The notes below the pieces were generated by a model. That model was not told the origin of the DNA and ran no database searches. It saw only the letters and a list, made by a program, of their open reading frames with translations. A DNA stretch of 32,000 nucleotides from an uncultured archaeon (GTDB lineage: Archaea > Asgardarchaeota > Jordiarchaeia > Jordiarchaeales > Jordiarchaeaceae). Location: positions 1-32,000 of the forward strand of contig CAZECW010000090.1 in assembly GCA_964510585.1 (NCBI GenBank). The letters run 5' to 3'. Positions 1 through 9,568 of this stretch are shown here, in pieces. Made by a program: the position numbers and the translations under genes. Every line of letters starts with the position of its first letter. The stretch's first letter is position 1.

Positions 1-1
1 T

Positions 2-154
2 GATCTGGTAAGGCTTCCCAAAGGGAAGCACAAGGGCTTTGAGGGTGTAGAAAGCGTGTCACCGCAGCCTCGGAAAGTGTTCATGAAGGTGAAAGAGACC
101 ATTCCAAACCTCGAAGTGTACAAAAGACTTTTTATGCCCCATTATATTAATTAA
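2..154 (+). CDS. Possible 3' end of an upstream gene (partial), product unknown
   Basis: Frame 2 is open from the window edge to TAA at 152-154 (DLVRLPKGKHKGFEGVESVSPQPRKVFMKVKETIPNLEVYKRLFMPHYIN*), followed by the AGGAGG RBS of the next gene. No motif recognised. A promoter-like AAAAGACTTTTTAT at 122-135 overlaps it, so it may be non-coding. Confidence 0.3.
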   Translation, partial: DLVRLPKGKHKGFEGVESVSPQPRKVFMKVKETIPNLEVYKRLFMPHYIN

Positions 155-171
155 AATTTAAGGAGGAAGAC

Positions 172-1404
172 TTGTTCATGTCTACTGAAGATGTAGATAA
201 GATGATGAAGGATTATCGGGAAAAGATTTTGGCTTCAAGAACTCGATACCAAAAATTCGTAGACATTTTCTCCTTCGTTCCCATTACGGTGTACTTCTTT
301 TCGATGGTTATCTTCACGATTTCAATCGGAGCGGGGCTTACCGCCTTGGAACATCTATTGAGGCCTTCATTGTGGTTGGGTAGTCCCACCCTCTTACCCG
401 ATTTTCAGCAGAGCGTTCTTATACATCTGTGGTTCGTAAATCCAATACCAACAATATGGAGTCAGTCGCCATGGAATGCGGCGGCCATTAGTGTGTTAAT
501 TGGCTTGGCACTGTTTGCGGTATATTTCATCTCGAGACGTATTGCTTATAAGGAAATCTTTTACCTTGACTTGGGTTTCTTGTCCTTCTTTCTTTTGGGG
601 TTAATTTTAATGTTTGTAACTCCCAACCTATTCAGCACGCTCTATTATTGTTTTCCGGGTCCACTGATTTTCGGTCTACTGGCGATTCCCGCTTGGATCA
701 CAATAGCAGCTAAAAGACCTTTTACTCATCAGTTTTCTGACCGAGTTATTCCCCCTATAATTAGGGAACTGGATATTTACAAGAAAATTCATTACATTAT
801 CGCTTCTGTCTGGGGTATGGTTTTCACAATTAACGCCATTCTGGGCTATCTCACTTATTATGCACCCTCAACGAAGCCATTGTGGGCGGCTCTATTCTTT
901 ACGCCTCTGTTCTTTTTGATTTATGCGTGGGCTTTCACTGTTCACTTTCCCGCATGGTATAGGCGGAGAGTTACGAAAACACCATTAAAAAAGGCCTCGA
1001 GACCATTGCCACGCCTGGTGAGAATAGTGGGAGTGGCCCTGATACTATTCGCAGTGTTAATTCTCTTGTTGAATCTTGGTCAGATATCCTACATATTGGG
1101 AATTTTAGAAATTATTGTTGCCGTAATTCTCATGGCTGCCGGCGTAGGAATAGTTCTGGTTAAGAAGTGGAGCTGGTATCTAACAGTGGGTGGGCTTGCT
1201 TCCCATATTGTTCTCGTATGGCTGGCTTATGTTTTTCCCAACGTTGGCTTAGTTGATTGGATAACCTCAATTAACAATTTCTTGTATAATCTCTCCTTCG
1301 CAGCTCCCTCCGAGAATTTACTGTTTCTAGCTGTAATTCTCTCAGGCATCTCATCAGTGTTCTTGTGCTACTTGTTCCCCAAGCGAAACCACTATATCTT
1401 TTAG
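172..1404 (+). CDS. Multi-pass membrane protein of unknown function (paralog A)
   Basis: 410 aa with roughly 10-11 hydrophobic segments. AGGAGGA RBS at 160-166; the likely start is ATG 178 by comparison with paralog B. The central PFTxQ...IYKKIHY..IAxVW segment resembles widespread uncharacterised membrane-protein families. Confidence 0.85.
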   Translation: MFMSTEDVDKMMKDYREKILASRTRYQKFVDIFSFVPITVYFFSMVIFTISIGAGLTALEHLLRPSLWLGSPTLLPDFQQSVLIHLWFVNPIPTIWSQSPWNAAAISVLIGLALFAVYFISRRIAYKEIFYLDLGFLSFFLLGLILMFVTPNLFSTLYYCFPGPLIFGLLAIPAWITIAAKRPFTHQFSDRVIPPIIRELDIYKKIHYIIASVWGMVFTINAILGYLTYYAPSTKPLWAALFFTPLFFLIYAWAFTVHFPAWYRRRVTKTPLKKASRPLPRLVRIVGVALILFAVLILLLNLGQISYILGILEIIVAVILMAAGVGIVLVKKWSWYLTVGGLASHIVLVWLAYVFPNVGLVDWITSINNFLYNLSFAAPSENLLFLAVILSGISSVFLCYLFPKRNHYIF

Positions 1405-1471
1405 AAAAATTCATAATACAGATGCAACAAAGGTCATGGATAATCGACGGTTTCAGACTAATTTCAACCCT

Positions 1472-1484
1472 AAAACCTTTTATC
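1472..1484 (+). promoter_or_regulatory. BRE/TATA-like promoter for the 1552 gene
   Basis: AAAACCTTTTATC (purine-rich BRE followed by a TTTTAT box) about 70 nt upstream of ATG 1552. Confidence 0.45.
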
Positions 1485-1551
1485 TTAACGCGTTTCTGAC
1501 CAGAATCCGCTTCGGAAAGTTAATAACTCTTATGTTTAGGAGGATGAATCC

Positions 1552-2781
1552 ATGTCTGCTTCCGATGATGTAGACAAGATGATGCGTGATTATCGGGAAA
1601 AAGTTTTGGCTTCGAGAACACGTTTCCAAAGGTTTGTAGATTTCTTTGGTAAAATTCCTATGCCCACTTACTTTGTGGTCATGTTTACTGGAGTCTTTTT
1701 AACGGGTTCCAGACTGAACTCCCTTGATCTTATTCTTAGGTCTCTTGTGATTCTTAACAGTCCTGACCTTTTAACTGGTTTTCAGCGGAGCGTCTTTATA
1801 CATTTATGGTTCATACCTCCCATTCCCGCTGAGTGGAATTCGTCTCTCCTGGTTCCAGGGGTGACCAGTGTTGTGGTGGGCTTTACACTATTCATAGTTT
1901 ACTTCGTTTCTAGGCGTGTGGCATACAAACAAACATACTATGTTGACCTAGGTTTCCTAGGATTCTTTTTGCTGGGTATAACTTTGCTGTTTATCTCTCC
2001 AAAAATATTTGCAACACTTTACTATTATTATCCTGCCACTCTGGTATTCCTATTTTTGGCTGTCCCCACTCTCATATCAATAGTTGCCAGGAAGCCTTTC
2101 ACCCTTCAGCACGTTGAGAGAATTTATCCTCCATCGATTAGGCAACTTGATATTTACAGAAAAATACATTATAGAGTCGCCGCCTTCTTTCTCATAGTCT
2201 TCATTATTAATGCTGCAGTTTTCTACTTCAGATTCATTTTTCCCACCGCTTCACCGGTTTTCACCGTCGTATTCTTCATGGTGTTCTACTTCCTAATTCT
2301 GGCTTGGGCCTTTATGACGCATTTTCCAGGATGGTACCGCCGTAGAGTACTAAAAACCCCCCTGAAAAAACCATTGGACCCCCTCCCCAACAGGGTAAAA
2401 ATAGCTGGGGCCCTACTGATAATTTACGGACAACTGACCTTAATAGTTGGACTCGTGCTGTCAACTACAACATTCACAGTCCTAACTTATATTATTGCCA
2501 TTGCCCTCATAATCTCCGGTGTAGGAATAATTCTGGTTAAAAAGTGGGGCTGGTACCTGACCATAGGCACACTCACATCACAGATTATCATATTCTGGTT
2601 AGCGTGGGGTTTTACCCCTCACAGTTTAACTGAATGGTTATCTTCAATTGGCACCTTCCTTGCAACCCTCTCCTTCTACCCACCGTCAGACAGCCTACTA
2701 AGCCTCTCCCTAATATTTACAGTAATTTCCACAGTATTCCTTTGCTACCTGTTCCCAAAAAGAAACTACTACCTACTTTAG
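1552..2781 (+). CDS. Multi-pass membrane protein of unknown function (paralog B)
   Basis: 409 aa, colinear with 172..1404. They share DVDKMMxDYREKxLASRTR, IHLWF, KPFT, YRKIHY, HFPxWYRRRVxKTPLKK, VKKWxWYLT and CYLFPKRNxY. AGGAGG RBS present. Confidence 0.87.
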   Translation: MSASDDVDKMMRDYREKVLASRTRFQRFVDFFGKIPMPTYFVVMFTGVFLTGSRLNSLDLILRSLVILNSPDLLTGFQRSVFIHLWFIPPIPAEWNSSLLVPGVTSVVVGFTLFIVYFVSRRVAYKQTYYVDLGFLGFFLLGITLLFISPKIFATLYYYYPATLVFLFLAVPTLISIVARKPFTLQHVERIYPPSIRQLDIYRKIHYRVAAFFLIVFIINAAVFYFRFIFPTASPVFTVVFFMVFYFLILAWAFMTHFPGWYRRRVLKTPLKKPLDPLPNRVKIAGALLIIYGQLTLIVGLVLSTTTFTVLTYIIAIALIISGVGIILVKKWGWYLTIGTLTSQIIIFWLAWGFTPHSLTEWLSSIGTFLATLSFYPPSDSLLSLSLIFTVISTVFLCYLFPKRNYYLL

Positions 2782-2899
2782 ATATTTTTTATTAGAATTT
2801 AAGATAAGAATAATGCCAGCAGGTTAGTGAAGATTTTTAACTTTATTTATTATTTAAATAAGTCCCCCTCAATCTGTTAAATTAGAACCAAGGTAACTT

Positions 2900-4048
2900 T
2901 TGGAGGTGTTTTGTTTGCCTCTAAAGATGCATGAAAAAGAGACCATGACTCCTAGGGAGAGAATGGAAACTGTTTTAAATCTACGTGAACCTGACCGTGT
3001 CCCTATTATAGCCTCCTTCCACGCGGCTCAGGCTAGATTAACTGGGATGACCATAGAGGAATTTTTCTTCAATATACCAAAATCCTATGAAGCCACAAAG
3101 AAGGTTTGGGAAATGTTTGGCGGCTTCGATGTGTACACTGGCTGTTCCCCCATTCTTGGTTACTATCTCCCGTGGCCCAATTCTCACAGCATGGTTTATT
3201 TTGATTGGACTCTTCCAAAGGGTAATATTCCCGAGCAGATGCATGAGAAGGAGCTCATGAAGCGTAGCGACTATGATCTAGTAATTGAAAAGGGTTTTGC
3301 TCCCTTTAAGAGGAGACCAGAATTAGAGAAGGACTTTATGAATTATGTGGCGCAGTTCGCAGCATTGGACACTAATAAATGGCTTGAGGAGATGGATGTC
3401 CCATCCCTGTTTGTTGGAGCCATAGAGCCCCCAGTAGATGTTATATCTTTTCTGAGAAGCTTTAACAAGTATCTTACAGATGTGGTGGAGATTCCTGATA
3501 AGGTTGTGGAGGCCTGTGAGGCTACAGTGGATGAAATGCTTGCCACCCTAGACGTGCAAATCCAGTTCCTGAGCGGTGAAAAAGGTCCAAAAGCAGTTCT
3601 CTACGGATTTTCACGCGTAGCATCAAGTTTTATTTCCCGCAAAAAGTTTGAACTATTCTGGCCCCACCTCAAAAGAATCGCGGAAGCCATCATAAGTAAA
3701 GGGTGTATCGTACAGTTCCACCTAGATAATGATTACACAGATTTTCTAGAATACTTCACAGAATTTCCTAAGGGTAAAACTTGGTTCCACCTAGACCAAA
3801 CAGACATATTTAAGGCCAAAGAAATCCTTGGAGATAGAGCGTGCCTAATGGGGAACTTGCCTCCCCAGATAACCGGCCTAGGCTCACCTAAAGAGGTGGA
3901 AGATTACTGTAGAAAACAGATAGAAGGCTGTATGGAAGGCGGAGGCTACATACTTTGCTCCTCATGTGTGCTTCCCGATGACGTTCCCGCCGCAAATATT
4001 AAAGCCATGAAGGACGCTGTAATGAAATACGGCTTCTACCGAGCCTAA
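2900..4048 (+). CDS. UroD/MtaA-superfamily protein, putative corrinoid-dependent methyltransferase (HLD-type)
   Basis: N-terminal MTPRERM...EPDRVP and C-terminal GNLP...GSPKEVEDYCRKQI...GGGYILCSSC..P..VP.ANIKAM are typical of the UroD-like TIM barrel. It carries FHLDND where MtaA has HxC. GGAGGTG at 2902-2908 favours TTG 2915 as the start. Confidence 0.8.
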   Translation: MEVFCLPLKMHEKETMTPRERMETVLNLREPDRVPIIASFHAAQARLTGMTIEEFFFNIPKSYEATKKVWEMFGGFDVYTGCSPILGYYLPWPNSHSMVYFDWTLPKGNIPEQMHEKELMKRSDYDLVIEKGFAPFKRRPELEKDFMNYVAQFAALDTNKWLEEMDVPSLFVGAIEPPVDVISFLRSFNKYLTDVVEIPDKVVEACEATVDEMLATLDVQIQFLSGEKGPKAVLYGFSRVASSFISRKKFELFWPHLKRIAEAIISKGCIVQFHLDNDYTDFLEYFTEFPKGKTWFHLDQTDIFKAKEILGDRACLMGNLPPQITGLGSPKEVEDYCRKQIEGCMEGGGYILCSSCVLPDDVPAANIKAMKDAVMKYGFYRA

Positions 4049-4098
4049 TCCCAAAACAATCTCCAGACAAAAGTACTATTTCTATTTGGAGCGGGTAT

Positions 4099-4808
4099 GT
4101 GTTGCTTTATCGTGATTCCGTCTTAGAAGCCCAGAAGCTATATTACGATATGATTCTAGAATCTGGTTTCCCTGTAAAGGAACTTAAACCAGAAGACTTG
4201 GAAGCAGTTGACTTCGGTCTAAGCAATGGGGAACCTGACTACTTTAAAAGGGGAGTCTTGGAATATACGTACTAGTAAACGAGACCGAATGCGGAAAAAT
4301 TTTATGCTTCCTCCCAAACCATTACGTGCCAGAACATCGCCACCAATCGGTGGTAGTTATGCCCAAAGGCTCCAAAATTGAGAAGGGCTACATCGATTTA
4401 AAGAAACTTGGTTTTAAGGGTTTAGACGAATTTGGGGAAGAGGCTGTCTATATGGTGCCAGAAAAAGAGAACACTTCCATTCCCAAGCGGGGTATTCTCA
4501 TCTCCGGCAAACAGGAATACTTCCACACCATAAAGGGCACCGGCTTAATGTTTTTACTAGGAAAACCCACTGACAAACCCACCTACCCTATACCCGAAGA
4601 GCATCGTCCCCACAACATCGCACTACATAAAGTCTTCCTAGAGCCAGGCGCTGGATTCCATCTGGACGCCAAAGCGCCACACAGTGTAGTTGCAGGACCT
4701 GAGGGCCGAATAGTTATAGAGTTCTCTCTGAAAAGTAGGGATCCTCTAGACATATTCACGAATCCCAAAATAGACAGAATCACCCACATAGAAGAATGCC
4801 CAAAATGA
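4099..4808 (+). pseudogene. D-lyxose/D-mannose ketol-isomerase (YdaE-type cupin), split by a 1-nt frameshift at ~4243-4253
   Basis: GTG 4099 (GGAG RBS) opens VLLYRDSVLEAQKLYYDMILESGFPVKELKPEDLEAVDFGLSNGEPDYFK, which stops at TAG 4273-4275. The -1 frame from 4248 reads KGSLGIYVLVNETECGKILCFLPNHYVPEHRH...GKQE...PHSVVAGPEGRIVIEFSLKSRDPLDIFTNPKI. Together these match the YdaE family pattern DxGL...N....C.K.L..P.Q..PEHxH...KxE...H...EFS..S.D..DIFTDP. The ORF track shows only 4326..4808. Confidence 0.8.
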
Positions 4809-4809
4809 A

Positions 4810-7512
4810 TTGAGCGAAGTGGTAACCGTGAAAAGGAGAAATGAATCCATTCTGGTTTCTCATACTCACTGGGATAGAGAATGGTACAAACCTTTCCAAA
4901 CTTTCCGAGGATATATGGTGGAAATGATTGACCGCCTGATAGACCTGATGGAGAAAAATCCTGACTATAAGCATTTTTTGCTAGACGGTCAATCCATTCT
5001 TCTTGAGGACTACTTTGAGGTACGGCCCGAAAATAAGGAACGTATACGTGCTCTCGTCAGTTCGGGCCGTTTAAGTGTTGGTCCCTTTTATGTTCTACCA
5101 GACATGTTTTTGGTCTCCGCCGAATCTATTGTGCGGAACTTGCTTCTGGGCATAACGACTGCCGAAGAGTATGGAGGGGCTCAAAAAATAGGTTATCAGC
5201 CGGATTGCTTTGGACAAATTGCTCAAACTCCCCAAATAATGAAGGGGTTTGCCTTTAAAGGATTCGTTTTCTGGAGGGGTTTGGGGGATGAAATGGACTT
5301 TCTTCCAACAACTTTTCTTTGGGAAGCTCCCAGCGGAGACCGCATACTTACTCACCAGATTGCAATTGGCTACTTTAATGTGGGTGACCTTCCCCAAGAT
5401 ACAGATGCCGCCATTACACTAATTGAAAAAACAAAAAATATGCTCCAAGAAAGAAGCAACAGAAACTTCCACCTGTTTCTTAATGGGCATGACCATGCGT
5501 TTCCCCAAGGGAACGTGCCTCAAATCATAAAGGCCTATAATGAGAAGCATCCCGATGAGCCAATAAAGTATGGAAGTTTGCAAGATTTTTTCAACCAGCT
5601 TGAAGAAAACACGCATGACCTACCCGTTTACAAGGGAGAGTTCCGGGGGGCACGCATGTTTCCCGTTTTACCCGGGGTTCTATCCGCCCGCATATACTTA
5701 AAACAAGCAAATCACAGATGCCAAACAAAACTGGAGAACTATGCGGAGCCCTTCTCCGCCTGGGCATGGTTCCTGGGGGAAAACTATGATAGGAGTTACC
5801 TTTGGCTAGCTTGGAAGTGGCTTCTTGAAAATCATCCCCACGACAGTATTTGCGGGTGTTCCATTGACCAAGTTCATAGGGAGATGGAAACTCGTTTCGC
5901 TTGGAGTGAACAGATAGCTGATCTACTCACACTAAAAGCGATGGAACGTATAGCGTCAAAAGCAACAGTTTCTGGTGAGGGATTCCCCATAGCGGTCTTT
6001 AACCCCTCCCCCTGGAAGAGAACTGGAGTTGTGGAATTCCTCTCAGAGCCTTTTCCACCCTTCACCTTTAACAGTCAACAATTTACCTTCAACCCCTCCC
6101 TCCTTAAGAGTTTGGATTTCAAGCCAGACCGCAACTTCTGTGTCGTAGACCATGAGGGAAGAAGTCTTCCCGTGGAGTTATTTGAAGAACCCGAGAACTA
6201 TGCGTTCCGATTTTTCGAGAATATGACACGTTGTACTCTGAGGTTCCTTGCCACAGATGTTCCCGCCTGCGGATACAAAATACTATACATAAAAGAGGGG
6301 AAAGCGGAGGATGTAAACTCATCTCTCAGAGTTAATGTCAAGGAGAGAATAATTGAGAATGAACATTTGAGAGTCAAGTTTAACCCGAATGGCACAATGG
6401 ACGTAACAGAACTATCAAGTGGTGTCACATTCGCCGGACTGCACATGTTTGAGGATGTGGGTGATAATGGTGACGAGTATAATTACTCTAAACTCAAGGA
6501 AGACGAGATTATTACCAGCGAAAATCTTGATGCTGAAATTTCGTTTGTGGAGCACCCCACAAGAGTGGATGCAATAGTGAAGATGGAGATGCTTCTCCCA
6601 AAAAGTTTAGAGGAGGGGAACCGTAATCGCCGCTCCCGCGAAAGGATACCTCTAAGAATAACTTCGATAATATCCCTCTTCCCTGGCTCCAGATTTGTTA
6701 ACTGTAAGACAGAAATCGAAAACATTGTCAAGGACCACCGTCTAAGAGTGCTCTTCCCTACAGGCATAAAGTCTGATGTTGTCCATGCTGATGGACACTT
6801 TGGAGTTGTTGAGAGAAGTCTGAAACTTCCAGATGACACCAACTGGATGGAGATACAAACCACAGCAAACCACCAAAACCTCTTCGTAGACATAAATAAT
6901 GGAGAAAAGGGCTTAGCCATAGCAAACAAGGGACTGCCTGAATACGAAATTTATGGGGAAAACGAGAGAACCATAGCCTTAACTCTTGTACGTTCAGTAG
7001 GCTGGCTGTCAAGAAACATAGACCATAACAACCGCAAAATCTTCGGAGGCCCAGCAATACCAACACCAGAAGCCCAATGCCAGAGGCGCCTTACAGTAGA
7101 ATATGCAGTAATACCCCACTCCGGAGACTGGGAGGAAGCAATGATTCCCAGAATAGCCAGAGAATTCGCCTATGATTTAAAGGCAGTTGAAGTCAAGAAC
7201 CCCCTACACAAGTTGCCCGCCTCCACAAGCTTTCTAGAAGTTGAACCCCCATCAATAGTTCTCTCCGCGGTTAAAAAAGCCGAGAAGGAGGAGGCCCTAA
7301 TCATTCGCATATACAACACTGGAAAAGAACAAAATGCGACAATTACCCTCAGTAAACCAGTGAAGTCAGCTAAAGTAACCAACCTCGCAGAGTATGAAAT
7401 AAATATGGAGAATTCAGTTTCAATAAAAGATAACAGAATCACAATAGAAAACATTTCACCATCAAAAATTGTAACATTAAAAATTCACACCGCAGACCAA
7501 CAAACTCTTTAA
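4810..7512 (+). CDS. Glycoside hydrolase family 38 alpha-mannosidase (MngB/mannosylglycerate-hydrolase-like)
   Basis: 900 aa. Zn-binding SHTHWDREWY, LLDGQ, nucleophile region YQPDCFGQIAQTPQI, HPHDSICGCSID, and C-terminal DHRLRVLFP, LTLVRSVGWLSR and LSAVKKAE motifs. TTG start lies 1 nt after the upstream stop. No signal peptide seen. Confidence 0.93.
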   Translation: MSEVVTVKRRNESILVSHTHWDREWYKPFQTFRGYMVEMIDRLIDLMEKNPDYKHFLLDGQSILLEDYFEVRPENKERIRALVSSGRLSVGPFYVLPDMFLVSAESIVRNLLLGITTAEEYGGAQKIGYQPDCFGQIAQTPQIMKGFAFKGFVFWRGLGDEMDFLPTTFLWEAPSGDRILTHQIAIGYFNVGDLPQDTDAAITLIEKTKNMLQERSNRNFHLFLNGHDHAFPQGNVPQIIKAYNEKHPDEPIKYGSLQDFFNQLEENTHDLPVYKGEFRGARMFPVLPGVLSARIYLKQANHRCQTKLENYAEPFSAWAWFLGENYDRSYLWLAWKWLLENHPHDSICGCSIDQVHREMETRFAWSEQIADLLTLKAMERIASKATVSGEGFPIAVFNPSPWKRTGVVEFLSEPFPPFTFNSQQFTFNPSLLKSLDFKPDRNFCVVDHEGRSLPVELFEEPENYAFRFFENMTRCTLRFLATDVPACGYKILYIKEGKAEDVNSSLRVNVKERIIENEHLRVKFNPNGTMDVTELSSGVTFAGLHMFEDVGDNGDEYNYSKLKEDEIITSENLDAEISFVEHPTRVDAIVKMEMLLPKSLEEGNRNRRSRERIPLRITSIISLFPGSRFVNCKTEIENIVKDHRLRVLFPTGIKSDVVHADGHFGVVERSLKLPDDTNWMEIQTTANHQNLFVDINNGEKGLAIANKGLPEYEIYGENERTIALTLVRSVGWLSRNIDHNNRKIFGGPAIPTPEAQCQRRLTVEYAVIPHSGDWEEAMIPRIAREFAYDLKAVEVKNPLHKLPASTSFLEVEPPSIVLSAVKKAEKEEALIIRIYNTGKEQNATITLSKPVKSAKVTNLAEYEINMENSVSIKDNRITIENISPSKIVTLKIHTADQQTL

Positions 7513-7784
7513 TTTCCACTTATCCCCTTCAATATATTGATGGCTGGAGAAGTAAAATGGTATTAGCCACTCACCTCCTAGCTTGATTTTGGAATTATCC
7601 CCTCAAGATTCAGTTGCCAAATAGGGCTTAAACTGTAAAAAATAAAAAGGATATAATGTCTCTTATTTCACCGACAATTGTTTGGATAAGAGGCATAATT
7701 TCTGCATTAGGTTGCCGCTTCCGGCTATTAGTGGAGTTTATTCCCTTGTATTCCGAATTGTGAACTTTAGTTTTTCTTCACTTT

Positions 7785-8831
7785 TTAGTCGAGTTGTATG
7801 GGATATTTTCCATATTCTCTGGCTGCTTCCATGAAGGCTCTCAGATTTTCTAGAGGAGTATCTGGTGGTACCTCGCATCCTGTGGCGAGCATGTACATTC
7901 CACCTGGGGCTGCTTGACGTATGCACTCCTTAACAGCCTGTTTCACATCTTGTGGTGTGCCCTCCAGCATGACTTTGACTGGATCTACGTTTCCCACAAG
8001 AACCACTCTGCCTGCAATCTTTTTCTTGGCTTCTGCAAGGTTGACTGGGGCGTCTATGCTAAGCATTGCGGGGCCCAGTTCGACGAGCTTGTCTATGAGG
8101 TGGCTTACGTCGCCACATACATGTAACGCGCAGAATTTTCCCTCAGCTGCCCAGGTTTTGATTACCTTTTTTAGGGCGGGGGCTGCAAACTTGTCGAATT
8201 GTTTGGGTGAGAGTGTGCCTGCTACGGGGTCTCCGAGGTTTAGCCCCAATCTAACTTCGGTTTGTGCTCTTCCCTCCTCAATGGCGAAATCTGTGGTTAT
8301 ATCCAGCATTTCCTGAACGTAGTCTGGGTTCTGTACAAGGTCCTTGTAAAAATTTTCCGGGCCCCTCAGAGCTGTGAGAAGGGAGATGGGGCCTGCGACA
8401 AGTCCGCCTACGCCTGCAACTTTTCTCAACTCGTTGGTTACTATTTCGCCAGCTTTGAGAATGTTGGGCAGCCTGCCGTCTTTTCTTGGGTCAGGCATTC
8501 GTATATTTTTAACGTCTTTCTTCAAATCTTTTACCGGGAAGTCTACTACCTCTGGGAGCCTATCCTCATGGAATTTTATTTTGCAGCCAAAAGCTTCGGC
8601 TTCGACGAGGGTGTCACCTAGGACAAGTACTACGTCTGGGGTGTATAGTTTGTATGCCTTAATAATGGCGTGGGCCATTGTTTCGGGATCAGTTATAAAC
8701 TCTTTTATGGGTACTCCTGCAAGTCTCGCGTTTCCCGCTCCCACGGAGGGGTAAGCTGGAACCCTATCTGGTTCCTGCCTGAGGAAAACTCTCTTCATTC
8801 TCTCTCTTACGGTTAACTCTTCACCAGACAT
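7785..8831 (-). CDS. MtaA/MtbA/CmuA-family methylcobalamin:thiol methyltransferase (UroD superfamily)
   Basis: 348 aa. EPDRVP; EAEAFGCKI; DPRKDGRLP; canonical Zn ligands LHVCG (HxC) and LATGCEVP (distal Cys); GNVDP. GGAGG RBS; 35 nt downstream of a corrinoid protein gene. Confidence 0.88.
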   Translation of the reverse strand: MSGEELTVRERMKRVFLRQEPDRVPAYPSVGAGNARLAGVPIKEFITDPETMAHAIIKAYKLYTPDVVLVLGDTLVEAEAFGCKIKFHEDRLPEVVDFPVKDLKKDVKNIRMPDPRKDGRLPNILKAGEIVTNELRKVAGVGGLVAGPISLLTALRGPENFYKDLVQNPDYVQEMLDITTDFAIEEGRAQTEVRLGLNLGDPVAGTLSPKQFDKFAAPALKKVIKTWAAEGKFCALHVCGDVSHLIDKLVELGPAMLSIDAPVNLAEAKKKIAGRVVLVGNVDPVKVMLEGTPQDVKQAVKECIRQAAPGGMYMLATGCEVPPDTPLENLRAFMEAAREYGKYPIQLD

Positions 8832-8866
8832 GATTTATTTAACCTCCAATACCTCGCGTCCTTTTT

Positions 8867-9505
8867 TTATCCTAAGAGTTCTTTAGCCTTTTGGACTGCT
8901 TCCCGCGCGTCTTTTCCATAGGCATCGGCGCCAATTTTTTCAGCGAAATCTTGTGAGGTGGCGGCGCCTCCTATTAGGATTTTAACACTTTCTCTTAGTC
9001 CCTCGCTATCTAGAGCCTTTATGGTGTTAATCATTTCAGCCCTAGCTGACGAGATAATTCCGGACATGGCTAGAATGTCTGGTTTATGCTTTTTAACATT
9101 CTCTACGAAGGTTTCTGGGGGAACGTTTTCACCAATGTCAATTACCTCAAATCCAGCTGACTGTAACATTATTTTAACTATGTTTTTGCCTATGGTGTGT
9201 ATATCTGTATAAGCGGTGCCCAGTAGCACCTTGCCGTGTCCGCTCGTCCTTTTCTCTTTAAGGTGCGGTTCCAGTATCTCTAAAGCTGCAGACATGGTTT
9301 CAGCCGACATTAAGACGTCAGAAATAAAGTATTCCTTATTACCAAACTTTTCCCCAACAACTTCTATGCCCTTCATTAGTCCTTTAGTTAGAGCATCGTA
9401 GGCATCTATTCCCTGTTCTAAAGCCTCTTTTGCTGCTTCCCTTGCAAGGTCCACGTTAGCCTCTATTACTGCGGTTGAAAGCTTTTCAAAGATCCTTTCG
9501 GCCAT
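8867..9505 (-). CDS. Methyltransferase corrinoid (B12-binding) protein 1
   Basis: 212 aa. Cap domain GLMKGIEVVGEKF...EYFISDV; B12 motif DIHTIGKNIV (DxHxxG); MSG; LIGGAA; IGADAY. AAGGAGG RBS. Confidence 0.92.
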   Translation of the reverse strand: MAERIFEKLSTAVIEANVDLAREAAKEALEQGIDAYDALTKGLMKGIEVVGEKFGNKEYFISDVLMSAETMSAALEILEPHLKEKRTSGHGKVLLGTAYTDIHTIGKNIVKIMLQSAGFEVIDIGENVPPETFVENVKKHKPDILAMSGIISSARAEMINTIKALDSEGLRESVKILIGGAATSQDFAEKIGADAYGKDAREAVQKAKELLG

Positions 9506-9568
9506 CTGCAGTCCTCCTTCTGACGCGAGAAGTTTTTAATAAATTGTATTTTTACCTCTACTAATCAG

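Noticed and set aside
67-1521. Shared TCGGAAAGT motif upstream of both membrane paralogs (about 70-78 and 1512-1520)
   Set aside because: Only 9 bp, at different distances from the starts (about 100 versus 30 nt), and similar CGGAAA words occur elsewhere. Too weak to call an operator.
2900-8831. Annotating the two UroD-fold proteins as heme-pathway uroporphyrinogen decarboxylase (hemE)
   Set aside because: Zn-ligand motifs, adjacency to corrinoid proteins and the lack of other hem genes point to methyltransferases.
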